Source of the DNA: Rhizodiscina lignyota | Taxonomy: Eukaryota | Direction of reading: 5' to 3' | Assembly (NCBI GenBank): GCA_010015805.1 | Contig: ML978130.1 | Coordinates: forward strand, 1,178,001-1,242,000 | Length of the DNA: 64,000 bases | Part shown: positions 49,313-61,878 of the stretch, one piece after another | Numbering within the stretch: the first letter of the stretch is position 1 | How the letters are laid out: every line of letters starts with the position of its first letter | Notes under the pieces: model-generated | Seen by the model: only the letters and a program-made list of their open reading frames with translations | Database searches by the model: none | Told to the model about the DNA's origin: nothing | Position numbers and translations under genes: made by a program

Positions 49313-50483
49313 TCACGAGAAATGAGAAAGATGAAGCCTATGCACACGCGAAATGTTAGTTCAAAGTATCACAATCAGATAACAGCTGCCAAATGCAGAA
49401 CCACGACTACTCACCAGTCCTCTATCGAAACTCCCTCTTCGAGCATCATGGCGGCTTCTTTCGCATGCTCCAACTCGTGCCGTTCACCGACTGCCTTCGG
49501 GCGGTTGATGATGAACATTTTGGCAGGCACGGGACACAGCTCAGAGGTACCAATGCTGGCGAGCGGCCAAACAAGAAAGCGTGCCCACAAAGGAGACGGT
49601 TTCTCGAGGAGCTCGATCGAGTATGGCACGCTGGCTAGGATATCGCCGATAATCTCCTCGGCTTTGAGCGCAGCTTTCGTAGGAAACTGGTTCCACTCAT
49701 CGTACAAAGTGTCGTCGGTCGCAGGCTGGTCAAGGATGACGCCGCGCAAGTCATGTTGGAAAGCGCAGAATATCCATTCATTAAAGAAGAGATGGAGCAT
49801 GCGCATAACATTCCAATACCGTGCGGCATTCTGTGAATAGTGCTGGTGTATGAAATTCTTGTACGTGTAAGCCTTGACAAGGCTCTCCGTTGAGGTTATA
49901 ATCTTGTACGGCAGCCTCGTCTTCATGTGATCCAACAAGTTGACAGTTTCACTGTCGAGATAAAGTGCTTCGCGGACAACTTCAGTCGCCAGCATGCCTC
50001 TCATATTTGCCCGGAGCGCCGCGATGCGGTCAAGCAATTTCCCTAACCTGAAGCTGGGCTGTTGGCGTCCATGACGGTCGCAGCGCGCTATTGAAAGCGA
50101 GAGAACTCAGGTGAAACCGAAGTGAATCGTTGAGCACAGCTCGTGCGAATGTTCAAGCTGGCTTGACGGAAGAGTTGCTGCCCAAGCTCGCTATCAAGCT
50201 GCTTGTCACCTCTTAGAGTTAATAGAGTCGCTGACCCTTGTACATGAGCAGTCCAGCTTCGTGGCGTCTTGCGGCCACGAAATGCCAAAGCCTCGAATGA
50301 AGAGAGAAGCAGGACGCATAAGAGTGTACTGTCAAGGACAGCGAGATCCAGCTTGCTCAGAGTCTGAGTAAGACTTGTCTCCAATAGTGGCGTCAACACG
50401 CATCAAATACGAAGGGAACTTACTTTTCTTCTCTTCAACCGGCATGATTCACATGAGTCTGATGGCTTTCCGCAATACACCAT
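49313..50483 (-). pseudogene. degraded Zn2Cys6 transcription factor
   Basis: MVYCGKPSDSCESCRLKRRK gives only 2 of 6 Cys and the sequence then jumps to the middle domain (DSTLLCVLLLS...WTAHVQG); in-frame TAG at 50088-50090 and a frameshift before the 49411..50037 ORF. Confidence 0.8.
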
Positions 50484-51028
50484 CGGAGTAGATTTGAAGA
50501 GTTGCGGCGATGATGCCTTTTTTCTCACTCCACTTTCTCCGGCATCTAGTCCACTGTACTTCAAGAGCCATGAAGGGTAATACAGACGCAAAAGAGGGTC
50601 GAACAGCAGACTTAAAAGAGACATTGATCTCGACAAAGCTCTGCGGTAGTGGAGTTGATGTGTGACTGCGGCTGAAGTGGCCACCGGTCTTACTAGCGTC
50701 GTCGAGCTGCAAACCCTTTTAGGAAATATAGTGAATTTGTGCGCATTTTGGACAGAAATCTTATAGGCGAATTGGATATTCTTTCAGCTCTCAGCTCTAT
50801 GCAGCTCAAATTTCTGTATCTAAAAGAGGCAGTGAAACAATGCCACCCAAATCGTGAAATGGTTACGCTGTTATTCGCCGACTCGTGGAGTCATGGCGGC
50901 CATGGCGCAGCAGAGCTGATCGAGAATCTGCTGAAGCACAGTACAATTTCAATTAACGCCCTTGATTATACATTCTATCACCCAATCGTGCCACAACGCT
51001 CCCTTCTCACCGTCTATTACAGTCCCAC

Positions 51029-52839
51029 CTACACCCAAAGTCCCTCCTGCATCCACTCGCACCTGCGACCCACAGTCGAGTCTCGCTCAGTCACAACGCC
51101 GTCTTTCGTGAAAACGTTGTGACTTGCATTATTCCCCTGCTGCGGGAAACTTGGCAGCCCTTTGCCATTCGGATTTCCCGTCTTCACAAAGTTCGCAATA
51201 TATCCTCGCATGATCTTCGCCAGCGGCTCGATCACTGGAGCGCTGTAGCTCCCTGGGAAAATGTAACCCAGGTCGTACGCATGATATGCCGGAGTAATCG
51301 CGAACTCCCAATTGTATGTCTTATTCCCAAACGCCCTTGCCAACCAGTTGGTGTTGCACGTGAATACGTAGTCTCCGAGGAATGGAATCGTACGCAGTGG
51401 TCCCACTCCGGGGAACATCTTTGTGATATATTCAATCACAGGGTCTAGCATGCCAGGCTGCAACAGTTTAAGGAGAGTTCGAAAATCAGCGTCGTTCTGA
51501 ACCCACGGCGCATTGTACTCGCCGCCCTCGTGCGTCACATGGCTAACGAGCACATCCAGGTTATGATCGAAATGACCCGCCAGAAGCGAGTTCCCGGGGA
51601 GAGCGGGCACAAATGAACCGTCAACTACTGGCCCATAAACGAAGCCAAAGGTTGCAGACCGGACGTGATCCATATTGGCGGTGATGAGGTCAGAGGAGGG
51701 CAGCTTGCGAGCTTCGTCAATGGTGCTGACATTGAGACGAGCGAGGAATGTCTGTGTTGTATTCTCGGTCACATAATGAGAGTCGATAGGGAAGTAGCCA
51801 GCGGAATTGGAGAATGCCCGCGCAAAGGGTACAGGCTTTTGGCCGCCATAAGCTGTGATCTGATGGACCGTACTACCGCCGCCGGCAGAAACTACAGAGT
51901 TGGATGTTAGATCATTGATGATATAATAAGTAGATTATATACTTACGGCCACCTATGGTCACTTGCTTTGGATCACCACCGAATCGATGGATGTTTTCTT
52001 GGACCCACTCGAGAGCAAGTCTTTGGTCGTGAAGACCGGCATTAGCTGTGCCATTTGCAGCATCGAGAGAGGGACCAGCAAGCCATCCAAAAGCGCCGAG
52101 GCGGTAATTGATAGCAACGAAGATCATGCCATCCGAGTAATCGCTCTGACTCGCCTTGATGAGCGCTGACGGGTCTCCAGAATCATTGGGGTCGTTTTTG
52201 TATCCGAACACATAACCACCACCGTGAATCCTTCAGAAGGTCAGCAAAACAAGTTTTAATATCGCTGAAATGCGTCCTACCAGACAAATACAGGCGCTCC
52301 GCTCCCGGATGAGTTTCGTTGGTCGAACACGGCTCGCGGAACAACGACGTCTAGGAATAGGCAGTCCTCACTGATGCCAGTATGATTCAACAGAATTTCC
52401 GCGCCCAGATCATTGACTGGTTTACATTCCTCCGTAGCATAAGTATAGTTGTATTCAGACGTATTTCCGTACTCGAAATCCCTTCCAAATAAATAGCCGG
52501 CACAACCCCAGTCTTCTTGAGCCGGAGGGCATATGCGGTCTCCCGTGCTTTTTTGAACGGTTGTATTGCGGCCGGTGGGTGGAACAGGAGCGGAAAATCG
52601 TAGGTCGCCTATAGGGGGTTGGGCATATCGTATGTTGTTGAAGGCGTATAGCTGCGTCGTCGCCTTTATTATTTCAGATCAGTATTGGACCAGCAGTTTA
52701 GTGATTGGAGGAGCCAAACATTGTACGTGGTCGCCTCATGAATTTCGTAGCCTAAATCAACCTGTGGCAAACGACCTGCTTCTACAATCGTAAGGTAATA
52801 GAGGAGCGTGCCGAAGAGAAGATAACAAGCTGACTTCAT
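51029..52839 (-). CDS. secreted type-B carboxylesterase/lipase
   Basis: Signal peptide, [61 protein letters not shown] nucleophile, HAYDL. Confidence 0.94.
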
Positions 52840-53581
52840 GTTCGTAAGAGATGAACAATGTTTGAAGAATGATGAATGGTGTCGCGTAGAGTAACTGGAA
52901 CCAGAAGAATGATAGAATAGCAACGGATTGTTTGGATCGGAGTTTTTGGGTATGAGAAGGCCACTTTATACTTGGAGAAAACGAAGAATTGATGTCATCG
53001 AAGAACATTTCTGTGGCCGGACAAAAAGCAGGTGTTGCCTCTTGTTTGGACACATTTGATGCTGCTCAGGATCTGCTATTGACTAGCTTGCGATGGCTTC
53101 ATCGGCCGCTCAGACAAGGCTCAGCCGTAGATGTATTCGAAGCCTATTGCTATGTTGATCCTCCTTCGACAACGGCCTGTCGAAGATCGTTGAACCCATT
53201 ACTCTCGTGCCGGAGCTCAATACGAAAGAGAAGAACCTGTATTGTCGCACTAATTAGCTGTGTGAAGACGCCGCTGACTGTTTATACAGCTCAAATGAGG
53301 CTAACTTCTTGTAGCGCTACCAGCCGCTCGTACCTGCAAGGAACGGATCAAGTGTTGTTGATCCCGCTGCATACTGCGCCTTAGTAGATTGTGCTTCCCT
53401 TGGCATATACCTGTTCTGAGGTTCTTTGGTCGGAGCAATGAACTAGACTGGGAGACAGCGAGAATAATCCATTTCGTATGATACACACTACAGCTTTTTG
53501 GCATCCCTTGAGATATCTTCGGACCGCAGCTGCAGGGTACGTCAACCGAGGCAGCGCTTTGAAGACGTCAATCCACTCCTC

Positions 53582-54092
53582 TTACGCAGCATCGCGGCAG
53601 GAAATGACGTGGGTCGCACATATTACCAACCTGTTTGTGAAAGAGGACTTTCCCAGTGAACATGCGAAGAAAGCGGTTGGGAAAAGACTCACGATGTTGG
53701 CATGGGATAGAGTTTCAGTGTCTCGGATGTGGCCCACAGCGAATATGTCGGCTTTCCAGTTTTCTCTGCCTCGGCCCTTACGATAGGATAGGTAGCCGTA
53801 AGCAGTTGTCTCCACTCTCATACATCGTGAAAGCACACTCAGCTCTCTTTGAGAAATCTCTCGGTGCGATACCTTCATGTGCTCAAGTTCTTTCAACTCC
53901 TTCTGATGCAATGAGTCGGATAAGCGTTGCGCCCTTCACAGGGGGTCTGCGTGGAGCGAAGTGTCTCACCGTCTCACGAGTATCTAGTAGCACCCCTGAT
54001 GAAACGGATTGAGAGACACATTCTCTCAACGCCGCTGACCACAGAAAGATCTCAGGTGGACCGCCCACCACTATTTTCGGGTATTTGTACAC
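53582..54092 (-). pseudogene. possible highly degraded protein-kinase-like remnant
   Basis: Fragment with SHREI and KADIFAVG, reminiscent of kinase HRDI and DIFSLG motifs; broken by stops and frameshifts. Confidence 0.25.
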
Positions 54093-54329
54093 ATGTGTGA
54101 TCGATTCCTCTGGAATGTTGGCTTATCACACTCCGCATTGCAATACAATAAGGCATCGAGCGGATCTCAATCCTTGTCTCATTTGCCTTGCGCCCTTTGC
54201 GCCCTTCCTGCCTCGGCCTTGGAGATGCTGCCAATGAGCGGGACATATAAGATGGATCACTGCTTCCAATGTGTTCCCAAACCTTTCCACTAACTCGGAT
54301 TTCCCAAATTGCTCACCTATTGGTCCACC

Positions 54330-55310
54330 ATGAGCTCTTACCCTGAGCGTTCCTCTGTTCTCAGCCAGTTTACTGGCAATGTCGGGACTTCGTCTGCAGC
54401 AGTTATCGCAACCTTCCTTGAACAAGATGACGTCGATTGGTTGCTATTTCCTGAGGACGACACAGACAGCGTTAACCTAGCCCAAGAAAATACTTTCGAC
54501 GATTTCCTCGACCCGGCATTCGTTCTGGACACCTATCTGTGTAGCAAATCGCCAACTGTTTCTTCTCCTGACGTCTTTGCGGACCTGCTCACCGACTTTG
54601 GCACTGAAGGCGACTTTGATGGCTCGTCCAGCGCCTGCAAGCCTAAGTATTTAAATCTCCTTGATTTATTCATTTTCTTTTCTATTTCCGTAATTCTAAC
54701 CGAAATCACGGGTTTCAAATTTTCCAAAGTTTCGATCAATTTCTTATATGAACTCATCTTCGCGCTGTGTAAGGCACTATCAAGTGACATTCTTTATGTT
54801 CGTAGTAGAATTCGTGTAGACAGTTTGTCAATCTCTTACTAAGATCTCATTCAGTGCTTCCCATTTTCGTGGAATGTAACTCATTTGATCTTCAATCTTC
54901 GCTACAAATCGTTGTTTTCTTGCTCTGAGCCTAACGTGTGTACTCGCAGGCACCGCTGTGGTCCGCCCTGGAGAGAGCAAATCAGTAACAATCAGGAGAC
55001 TCCGTTTCTGGCAACGTGTCTTGAGAGGAAGAAGGACTTCCATGCGCCGATAAGGCGATTCGTTTGCACGTGGTCTCGGGATTGCAACAAGACTTTCACT
55101 CGTCGAAGCGATCTTCACAGGCATTGCAATGCGTTACATCGTCGTCTCGAGGAGTATTGGTGCCCGGTCAAGGGTTGTGAGAGGAGTCAATATTATTGCG
55201 GTGATGGTTCGCTGATTGGGCTACAGAGCAGACCATTTCCACGAAAGGATAAAAGAGATGATCATGTGCGAAAGGCTCATAACACTATAGAATGGAATTC
55301 TGTGTTTTGA
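54330..55310 (+). CDS. C2H2 zinc-finger protein with acidic N-terminus
   Basis: CTWSRDCNKTFTRRSDLHRHCNALH and CPVKGC...FPRKDKRDDHVRKAH; a phase-compatible intron 54647-54949 (GTATTT...CTAAC...CAG) joins the acidic ORF. Confidence 0.75.
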
Positions 55311-55743
55311 AATAGAGGAGAATATAAATAGACATAACTCACCAATTTCAGTCGGGGGAGAGTTGCTTATCTACTTGTGGAATTGATGCTAAATTCTCAT
55401 TCTAAGAAGCGACAATTGATTACGGGAAAATAAATTATCAAAATTCCAGGGTTTGCGCACGTCCTATGAAGTCGATGGTGTTCTTCACACCTGATCATCT
55501 GGCCATCTTGATCATATACCGAGCTGGAGAAGGCCGGCTACGCAGTAATGAAAAACTGCCCAGGCCCTGCTATGAACTCTCGCATCATTATGTAGGCAGA
55601 GAAACGTAACAAAGCCTCTACTATACAGTACACTAACAGATCGCGAAGCACGCGTAAGCCTGCCTCGCTCCGTGCCAAGTTCCACCCTCAGTGAATCAAT
55701 TTCTTCTTCCGCAACCATGACATCATGATTGATTTTTCCTTGT

Positions 55744-56394
55744 TCATTCTGGTGGCCGCTTTCTTTTTCTCTCATTGCTTGTATGCGTCTCCCGGAGCAT
55801 ATCCCGTTGAGTTTTCAAGACTCGCTGGGCGGATGAAGTCTCCGCTGACAACGGGTTGCCTCTTGACTTGTCCAAAATTTCAGCTGAAACAGACAAGACT
55901 CTATTGATTGTTTGCAAATCCGCCATTTGCGTTGCATTCAGCCCACACTGTCCACCCACAAGGTTTCGTTCGGCTCCAATTATTCGTGCCATAGCCTTTA
56001 CGAGTGGGAGATGGTAGATTTCATGCTTTGTAAACCACACTGAATGGCCTTCCTCCGCCCTGTTGGTGTTATAGAGGCGATTAAGTGCTTCTGCACGTCG
56101 ACGCGCGATTCGCAGAGGTCTCGTCGAAGTCGGGGTTGGGTCACAGTTCAAGTCCCAGTCAAGTTTCGGCAGCGGGTATTTGCCTGCGTTGTAGTGGCTC
56201 CACGCTTCGTGTTCCTGCTCAGCCATTTCGGCAGCAGCAATATTCGTAGGTTGTCTCTCCCGTGTCAAGGACGCGACATAGTTTGTCACAGCAGCGATGC
56301 TTTTTCCAAAACGGACAGCCTCTGCTAGTGCACTCAACTTCCGTGCGACTTCCGTAGGGGAGTCATCGGCCTGAGGAATTTGCAAGTACTCCAT
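55744..56394 (-). CDS. hypothetical protein
   Basis: 216-aa ORF, helical-looking, basic C-terminus ERKRKRPPE (possible NLS); 5' end uncertain. Confidence 0.6.
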   Translation of the reverse strand: MEYLQIPQADDSPTEVARKLSALAEAVRFGKSIAAVTNYVASLTRERQPTNIAAAEMAEQEHEAWSHYNAGKYPLPKLDWDLNCDPTPTSTRPLRIARRRAEALNRLYNTNRAEEGHSVWFTKHEIYHLPLVKAMARIIGAERNLVGGQCGLNATQMADLQTINRVLSVSAEILDKSRGNPLSAETSSAQRVLKTQRDMLRETHTSNERKRKRPPE

Positions 56395-56741
56395 ATCACG
56401 GTGGAGTTCAAGGTCTGCTTCGCAGGCGGTTGCTGGGTGCGTCCCACAAGCTTAAGATAGCTATCCAAATATCTGCCCTTTGGCCATTTAAAGTTGAAGA
56501 TTGATTGATACTAACCTAATGAGGTAGTCCCGTCCCGGCCGCCCCACTTTATATTTGAGGCTAGTGTCGTCGTGGCGTAGGTGGCTGATCGAGCCTTTCT
56601 GGGCAGCTTCCCCGTTGCATTGTTTGTTCTCATTCCTCTCGCATCATTTTATTTATCAAAGGCAAAAACACCATAATTCTTTTTATACGAATTGCCTTTG
56701 GTACCACCTAAAGCGCCAAAATCATCGTACCAACCAAGAAA

Positions 56742-57875
56742 ATGGCCCAAACTGAGAAAAGCGGGAGAGGAGAAACCAGTGAAGGACCCTCTGAGCAAGA
56801 ACGTCGAGAAGAGGCCTCAAAGACCGCAAAGGCGGCGCTCGCAGCTCAACAGAAGGCGAAAGAACTCACTCAAGCGGCTGCTGGAGCAGGAGACTCCGAA
56901 GAGCGCCAGAAGCTGCTCAATGAAGCAATCCAGAAGGAAGTCGAGGCTGGATCGCTGGGAAAGACGGCCAATTACTTAATGTCGGGCAGTTTCCAGGGCC
57001 TCATTGCTGGGAGTGGCATCGGATCCAGCATAGGTATTGGGCTGGGAACACTAACTGGAACTATTGTTGGAGGAGTAACTGCACTGGCTACGGGTGGATT
57101 GGGTGCTGGCATAGGCGCCGGCTGGGGTGCGCTGAGGGGTCCAATTATTAAGCTTGGTGATGTGGCTGGTGAAGGAGTGAAGAAGCTCACTGGGACGATC
57201 CCCGGCTGGGACGCGACGGATGAGCAGAAGGAGACGTTGGAGAAGATGATCGGGGAAGTTCATGACCAGGACAGACCGTCAGAAGAGGACTTGACAGCCT
57301 TGGCCCGTAACAGCACTTCAACTTCTACGCCAAAGACAGCTGCCACTCGTAAGGCAGATCAAAATGATAACGGAAGCAATCAAAAACGCTCTTGGACGAA
57401 AGTTGCCAAGTCTACTCTGCCATCCAGCGACTCAAAACGAAGATCGGAGGTTCCTGGTAAGAATAGGTCAGGAGCACAAAGCCCGATGGAAAAGCAGACG
57501 AAAGAACCCGATGTATCGGCCCCTCAGCAGCAGCACAAGAAACCTATGGACCCCGAGGCAGACAAGTCGTCAAGCAGCTCACGCAGCTCACGCCGACAAA
57601 GCTCAAGGCTTCGACCGAACAGCACCATGCCTCCCAAAAGTCAAGACCAAGATACATCTGCACCGAAGAGTGCCGAAGGAGCTCGTTCCACTTCAATTTC
57701 GCAACGGTCCGTGGACATGAACAGTAGTAGGAGCGTAGACCGAGATACTGTTTCAACACATCCGCCAAATAGGCCAAAGCCGCGGAAACTGGAAAGGAGG
57801 GGACAAGACATACCCTCTCCACCACTGACAAAGCCACCGAAGCGAAAGCCTCGCAAGCTAGAGGTCCGACAATAG
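56742..57875 (+). CDS. hypothetical protein with glycine-zipper-like segment and disordered basic tail
   Basis: 377-aa ORF; GLIAGSGIGSSIGIGLGTLTGTIVGGVTALATGGLGAGIGAGWG; C-terminal KPRKLE twice. Confidence 0.8.
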   Translation: MAQTEKSGRGETSEGPSEQERREEASKTAKAALAAQQKAKELTQAAAGAGDSEERQKLLNEAIQKEVEAGSLGKTANYLMSGSFQGLIAGSGIGSSIGIGLGTLTGTIVGGVTALATGGLGAGIGAGWGALRGPIIKLGDVAGEGVKKLTGTIPGWDATDEQKETLEKMIGEVHDQDRPSEEDLTALARNSTSTSTPKTAATRKADQNDNGSNQKRSWTKVAKSTLPSSDSKRRSEVPGKNRSGAQSPMEKQTKEPDVSAPQQQHKKPMDPEADKSSSSSRSSRRQSSRLRPNSTMPPKSQDQDTSAPKSAEGARSTSISQRSVDMNSSRSVDRDTVSTHPPNRPKPRKLERRGQDIPSPPLTKPPKRKPRKLEVRQ

Positions 57876-58036
57876 CGCTAGGAAGCCTTATGTCAACGTG
57901 GAGACTGGATGAAAATGATCAGCTTCATGAGCTCAAGTTGATCTCGAATATGGCCGAAACTTCGACACCACAATATTGTTGAAACATATGTGGCGATAAG
58001 CATATTGCTTTCGGACATGCGTCAAACCTTCACAAG

Positions 58037-58063
58037 CTCCGACCTCCGACCTCCGACCTCCGA
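58037..58063 (+). promoter_or_regulatory. (CTCCGAC)x~4 tandem CCG repeat upstream of SDR; putative Zn2Cys6 site
   Basis: CTCCGACCTCCGACCTCCGACCTCCGA, ~320 bp upstream of the SDR ATG; TATATAAA at ~58270. Confidence 0.6.
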
Positions 58064-58381
58064 TCGCCACGCTCCCTGCGTTGAGAGCCTTTCTTTTCTC
58101 CAGCGACTCGGATGTTAGTCATTCTCCGGCGGACAACTCTATGTATTTCTCGGAAATCATTATAAACGCTTTCAAATGAAGAGGCATTGATAATATGGAG
58201 CTTGTCAATCATTCGGAGGAGTCAACTCTGTCGATTTAAACTGCCTGTCACTATGACACTCAGAATGGCTATATAAAGGGCCATGCAGTCGGCAATCCGT
58301 AGACATCTCCAGCAGCAATACTGAATTCACAGGCGCAATATCCGATTTTTCATAATTTGAACCACGACATAAATATCAAAC

Positions 58382-59479
58382 ATGAGCACAGACAGAAGCG
58401 ATCCATCGCTAGGCTACACACTGCCTTTCCAGCTCACAAAGAAAATCCATCGCAAGGTGCCAGATATCCTCTTGCCAGAGAGAGAAGAGAACTTGCAGCG
58501 TGGTAAGATCATCGTGATCACAGGCGGGGGAACTGGTATCGGAGCAGTAAGACGGCCATCGTTACACAGAGTGGGGGGCACCACGCTGATAATTATTCTA
58601 ACAAGGCTGCCGCGCGTGTCTGGGTGCGCGCACAAGCTGCAGGCGTTGTCATCGCTAGCCGACGGAAAGAGAAACTCGATGAGACGCTTCGCACCCTGGA
58701 AGAGCTAAACAACGGAGTTACGAAGGTTCTGGCTGTTCCGACAGATTTGGTTGACGAAAGCCAAGTTGCGAACTTGTTCCAGCAGGTCAACAAGGCGTTT
58801 GGCCGGCCAGCGGACGTGGTCATTGCCAATGCTGGACTGGCGTTGGATACTTTGAAGCCGGTGGCTGAAGAGTCTGTTTCCACATGGTGGAGAGTACATG
58901 TCAGTTGATGTGCAGCCCGCAAATGATGCAGATAATATTGACGCAATTGCAGGAGACCAATGTCTTGGGCGTCCACAACACCGTGGTAGCGTGGATAAGG
59001 TCGCAGCCAGATCCGAAGAATCCAGTAGGCACAATGATCAACGTCAATTCTGGACTGGCCGGAAAGATTGTTCCGGGAAACTCAGCTTATTCGATTTCCA
59101 AGCTTGCGTCGCACAGGTATATGGAATTCGTCGCAGCTGGTAAGTTTTACTGGGACTTTCACTTGTGTCTCCATTCATACTGATATTCCTTTCTACAGAA
59201 TATCCAGGGATCCGATCCTTTACGCTCTTGCCCGGAGTTGTAATGTCCGATATGAGCCAAGATTCTCCATTTGTCCAGTATGCCAAAGATGAAGCCGAGC
59301 AAACCGGAGCCCTGGCTCTATTTCTGGCGTCCAGTCGTGCGAACTATCTCAAGGGATCCTTAACGAGCGTGAACTGGGACCTGGATGAAATGGAAGCACA
59401 CAAAGCAGATATCGAGCAGGGGCTGTTGACGGTCAAATGGGTTCCCATTCTGCCAACAAGCGGGGGCTCCGGATTTTGA
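58382..59479 (+). CDS. short-chain dehydrogenase/reductase
   Basis: VITGGGTGIG, VIANAG, catalytic YSISK, three introns. Confidence 0.93.
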
Positions 59480-59564
59480 CAACATTGAAAGAGTTCTACC
59501 GATGTTCCGCCTCGAATAATGAAGTTGTCATAAATGTAATATCTCGTTGATGAGGTCGTATTCG

Positions 59565-61613
59565 TCAGCTCTGGGATAGCCATTCGTCGTCCTTGATTTG
59601 TCCGTATAGGTGTCGGCATACATTGACTTGTGATGTGAGTCCAGGATCATTTGTTTCGCTAACTGCAAGTTCCAAAGATTCCAAGATGTTTTTGTAGAGA
59701 CGCATATTGGCAGCGATGTCGAGGGTGTCAACTATCGCGTTGCTGTCTCCATTTCTTCGTATGTTATACGCCAACACCGTGCAGAGTGCTGCAATTAGCG
59801 CGTGCATCGTGATCCTTCAGAAATCAGGAGGTCAGTCAAGTGTTCCTCTCTCAGTGACATCAGTGAAGCCTACCATGTGATAGATACATTGCCCTGTGGG
59901 ACCAAACCAGCCAATGTAAGCAAGCGCTGCGCGTCAACGTATATCCCAAAGCATATCCGGCCTGCAGCACTTCTTAATTCATTGGGCAAGAACACATCCA
60001 GGCGACGAGTGAAAGCTCCCAATACACTCGCCGCATGAATTTGATACAGAGTCTCAAAGTAGGAAGCCTCGAGAATGATTAAATGAACCGCATCTGACTG
60101 GTACATGGAATGTAACATGCTTGTTGCATCTGTCTCGGCTAAGGGGTTAGTCTGCCTCCAAATCTCGAGCTTTGAAATTATGCTCTTGAATACAATGGCT
60201 GTGAGGTCAGCCGAGCGATGACGTGCTTTGACTGAGAACAATTCCTCAGATGCCTCGGCCTGGATTAGTGCCAAGCTTGCGTGCAGTGCAAAGACATTGA
60301 GTTTCCATTCCGCCGTATCGTCCACAGAGGAATTTGAAGTCCACCAGTCCGATGAGCTTGCCCTTGGCGGCGGGACGCTAATATCTGCCAATTTTGGTGC
60401 ATTCGGTCGAGTGGTACGGAGGCCCATGGCCGTATCCATGAAGAATGCAATCCAGAAAACGTACAGCCCTTGCCTATGCTCTGATGATGCCTTATCGAGA
60501 TCTGCTTCTGCTTCGTTATACCCAAGAACCTGAGCCATATGCATTGCCGTTGAAACAAACAGCGCAGCTCTCCGTGATCTGTGAGATGATTGCAGAAGCA
60601 CGGAGACTCCAAGCAAGGCCTGTACTAATGGCAGGGATGGTTGCTCCAAGAGGAGATCTGGCAGAACTGCGAGACATCTGTTCAAATACCAGTCGGCATT
60701 GGCGGTATCGTCAAGAGCGGCAAAAAGACCCATCGCGCGCAGACGATGAGCAATGCCGAGAGTAGTGTAAGTCAAAACCCACGACAGAGGAGTCTTGTCC
60801 GCTGCACCCGAGTAGCAGTTGCGAACGTCGGTGTATATTGCTTCCGGATGAAAAAGAGGAATCTTGCTGTTGAAATCCGCCAGATACTCGTTCAAGAGAG
60901 CGGAGCCCTCATCCGGAGGGGGAAGATAGCAAGCTCCCTTAGCACAATTTTTCAAGCGCATAGAACCTGGATGAGATGGTCCCCGGTCCCTTTTAAGGGA
61001 TGCTGCTTCGCGACTTGGAAGTTGTCTTGAGTAGATATACGAAGATCTTTGGCCAAAAATTGGGTCATTCAAAATCATAGAGCTGCCATCGTCCGCCCCG
61101 ATACGAAACATCGATGTGTCACGGTATGCAGTTTCGTCGATTGTGGAGATTTGATCGTATGTTCGCTTCTGTGCAGTTGGAGGCGGAGCCGAAGACCCAA
61201 AATCATCATTCTGGGACTGTGGATGCCGATACGAATCGGCTGCGGCTGGTGGGGGGCTTTTAAGTTCATGCATAAAATCCTCTAGCCGTTTGAGCCGATC
61301 TTCAAAATGTCCAGATGGTGGAGCAGCGATGGGCAAAGCGTTGCGACGAAGCCCAGATGACATCGGTAGTGAAGTAACTGCAATCCCCTCGCTACTCGGT
61401 TTGGAGGTTCGATTGACAGGCGAGGGCAAGGCAGGCATCGCGCAAGGCTTGTTTCCCTTTCGACATTGTGCACAGCTTGCAAACTCTTCGAGCCATTGAC
61501 ACTTCAACTTATGTGCGCGACAGCGATCGCAAGCCTATACGCATGTATCAGCGCAGTCGGCTCGAGCCTTGTCTTTCACCATAGGATGCACGTACGCGAC
61601 GACTGACTGGCAT
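59565..61613 (-). CDS. Zn2Cys6 transcription factor with fungal-specific domain
   Basis: Exon 1 MPVSRR, intron (GTACGT...GCTGAT...TAG), then ACDRCRAHKLKCQWLEEFASCAQCRKGNKPC; middle domain FNSKIPLFH...VFWIAFFMD; last exon ends at 59565. Confidence 0.93.
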
Positions 61614-61850
61614 GTCGCAATCCAAAATCCACTTCCGGAGAACCTTTCACTTTCCACTGCACCGGAGATGCGGTCGGAATTCGAAAATTCGAACTTTCCT
61701 CATGTATTCTCTTATACAACTGCATCCAACGCCGATGACAAATCAACCCATGATGTTCATGTTGTTCTCCATTGCTAGCCTGATTGTAGGGGTGAAAATA
61801 GAGCGATGAGTGTATGAATAATCAACAAAGAGATGCAGTGGCAAAATCAC

Positions 61851-61878
61851 TCGGAGGTCGGAGGTCAGGGAGGTCGGA
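61851..61878 (-). promoter_or_regulatory. CTCCGAC-type repeat upstream of the Zn2Cys6 gene
   Basis: Minus-strand reading TCCGACCTCCCTGACCTCCGACCTCCGA, ~240 bp upstream of the TF ATG. Confidence 0.6.

Noticed and set aside
58037..58063. Short repeat array as CRISPR or telomere
   Set aside because: 7-bp units without spacers, not TTAGGG, in eukaryotic DNA.
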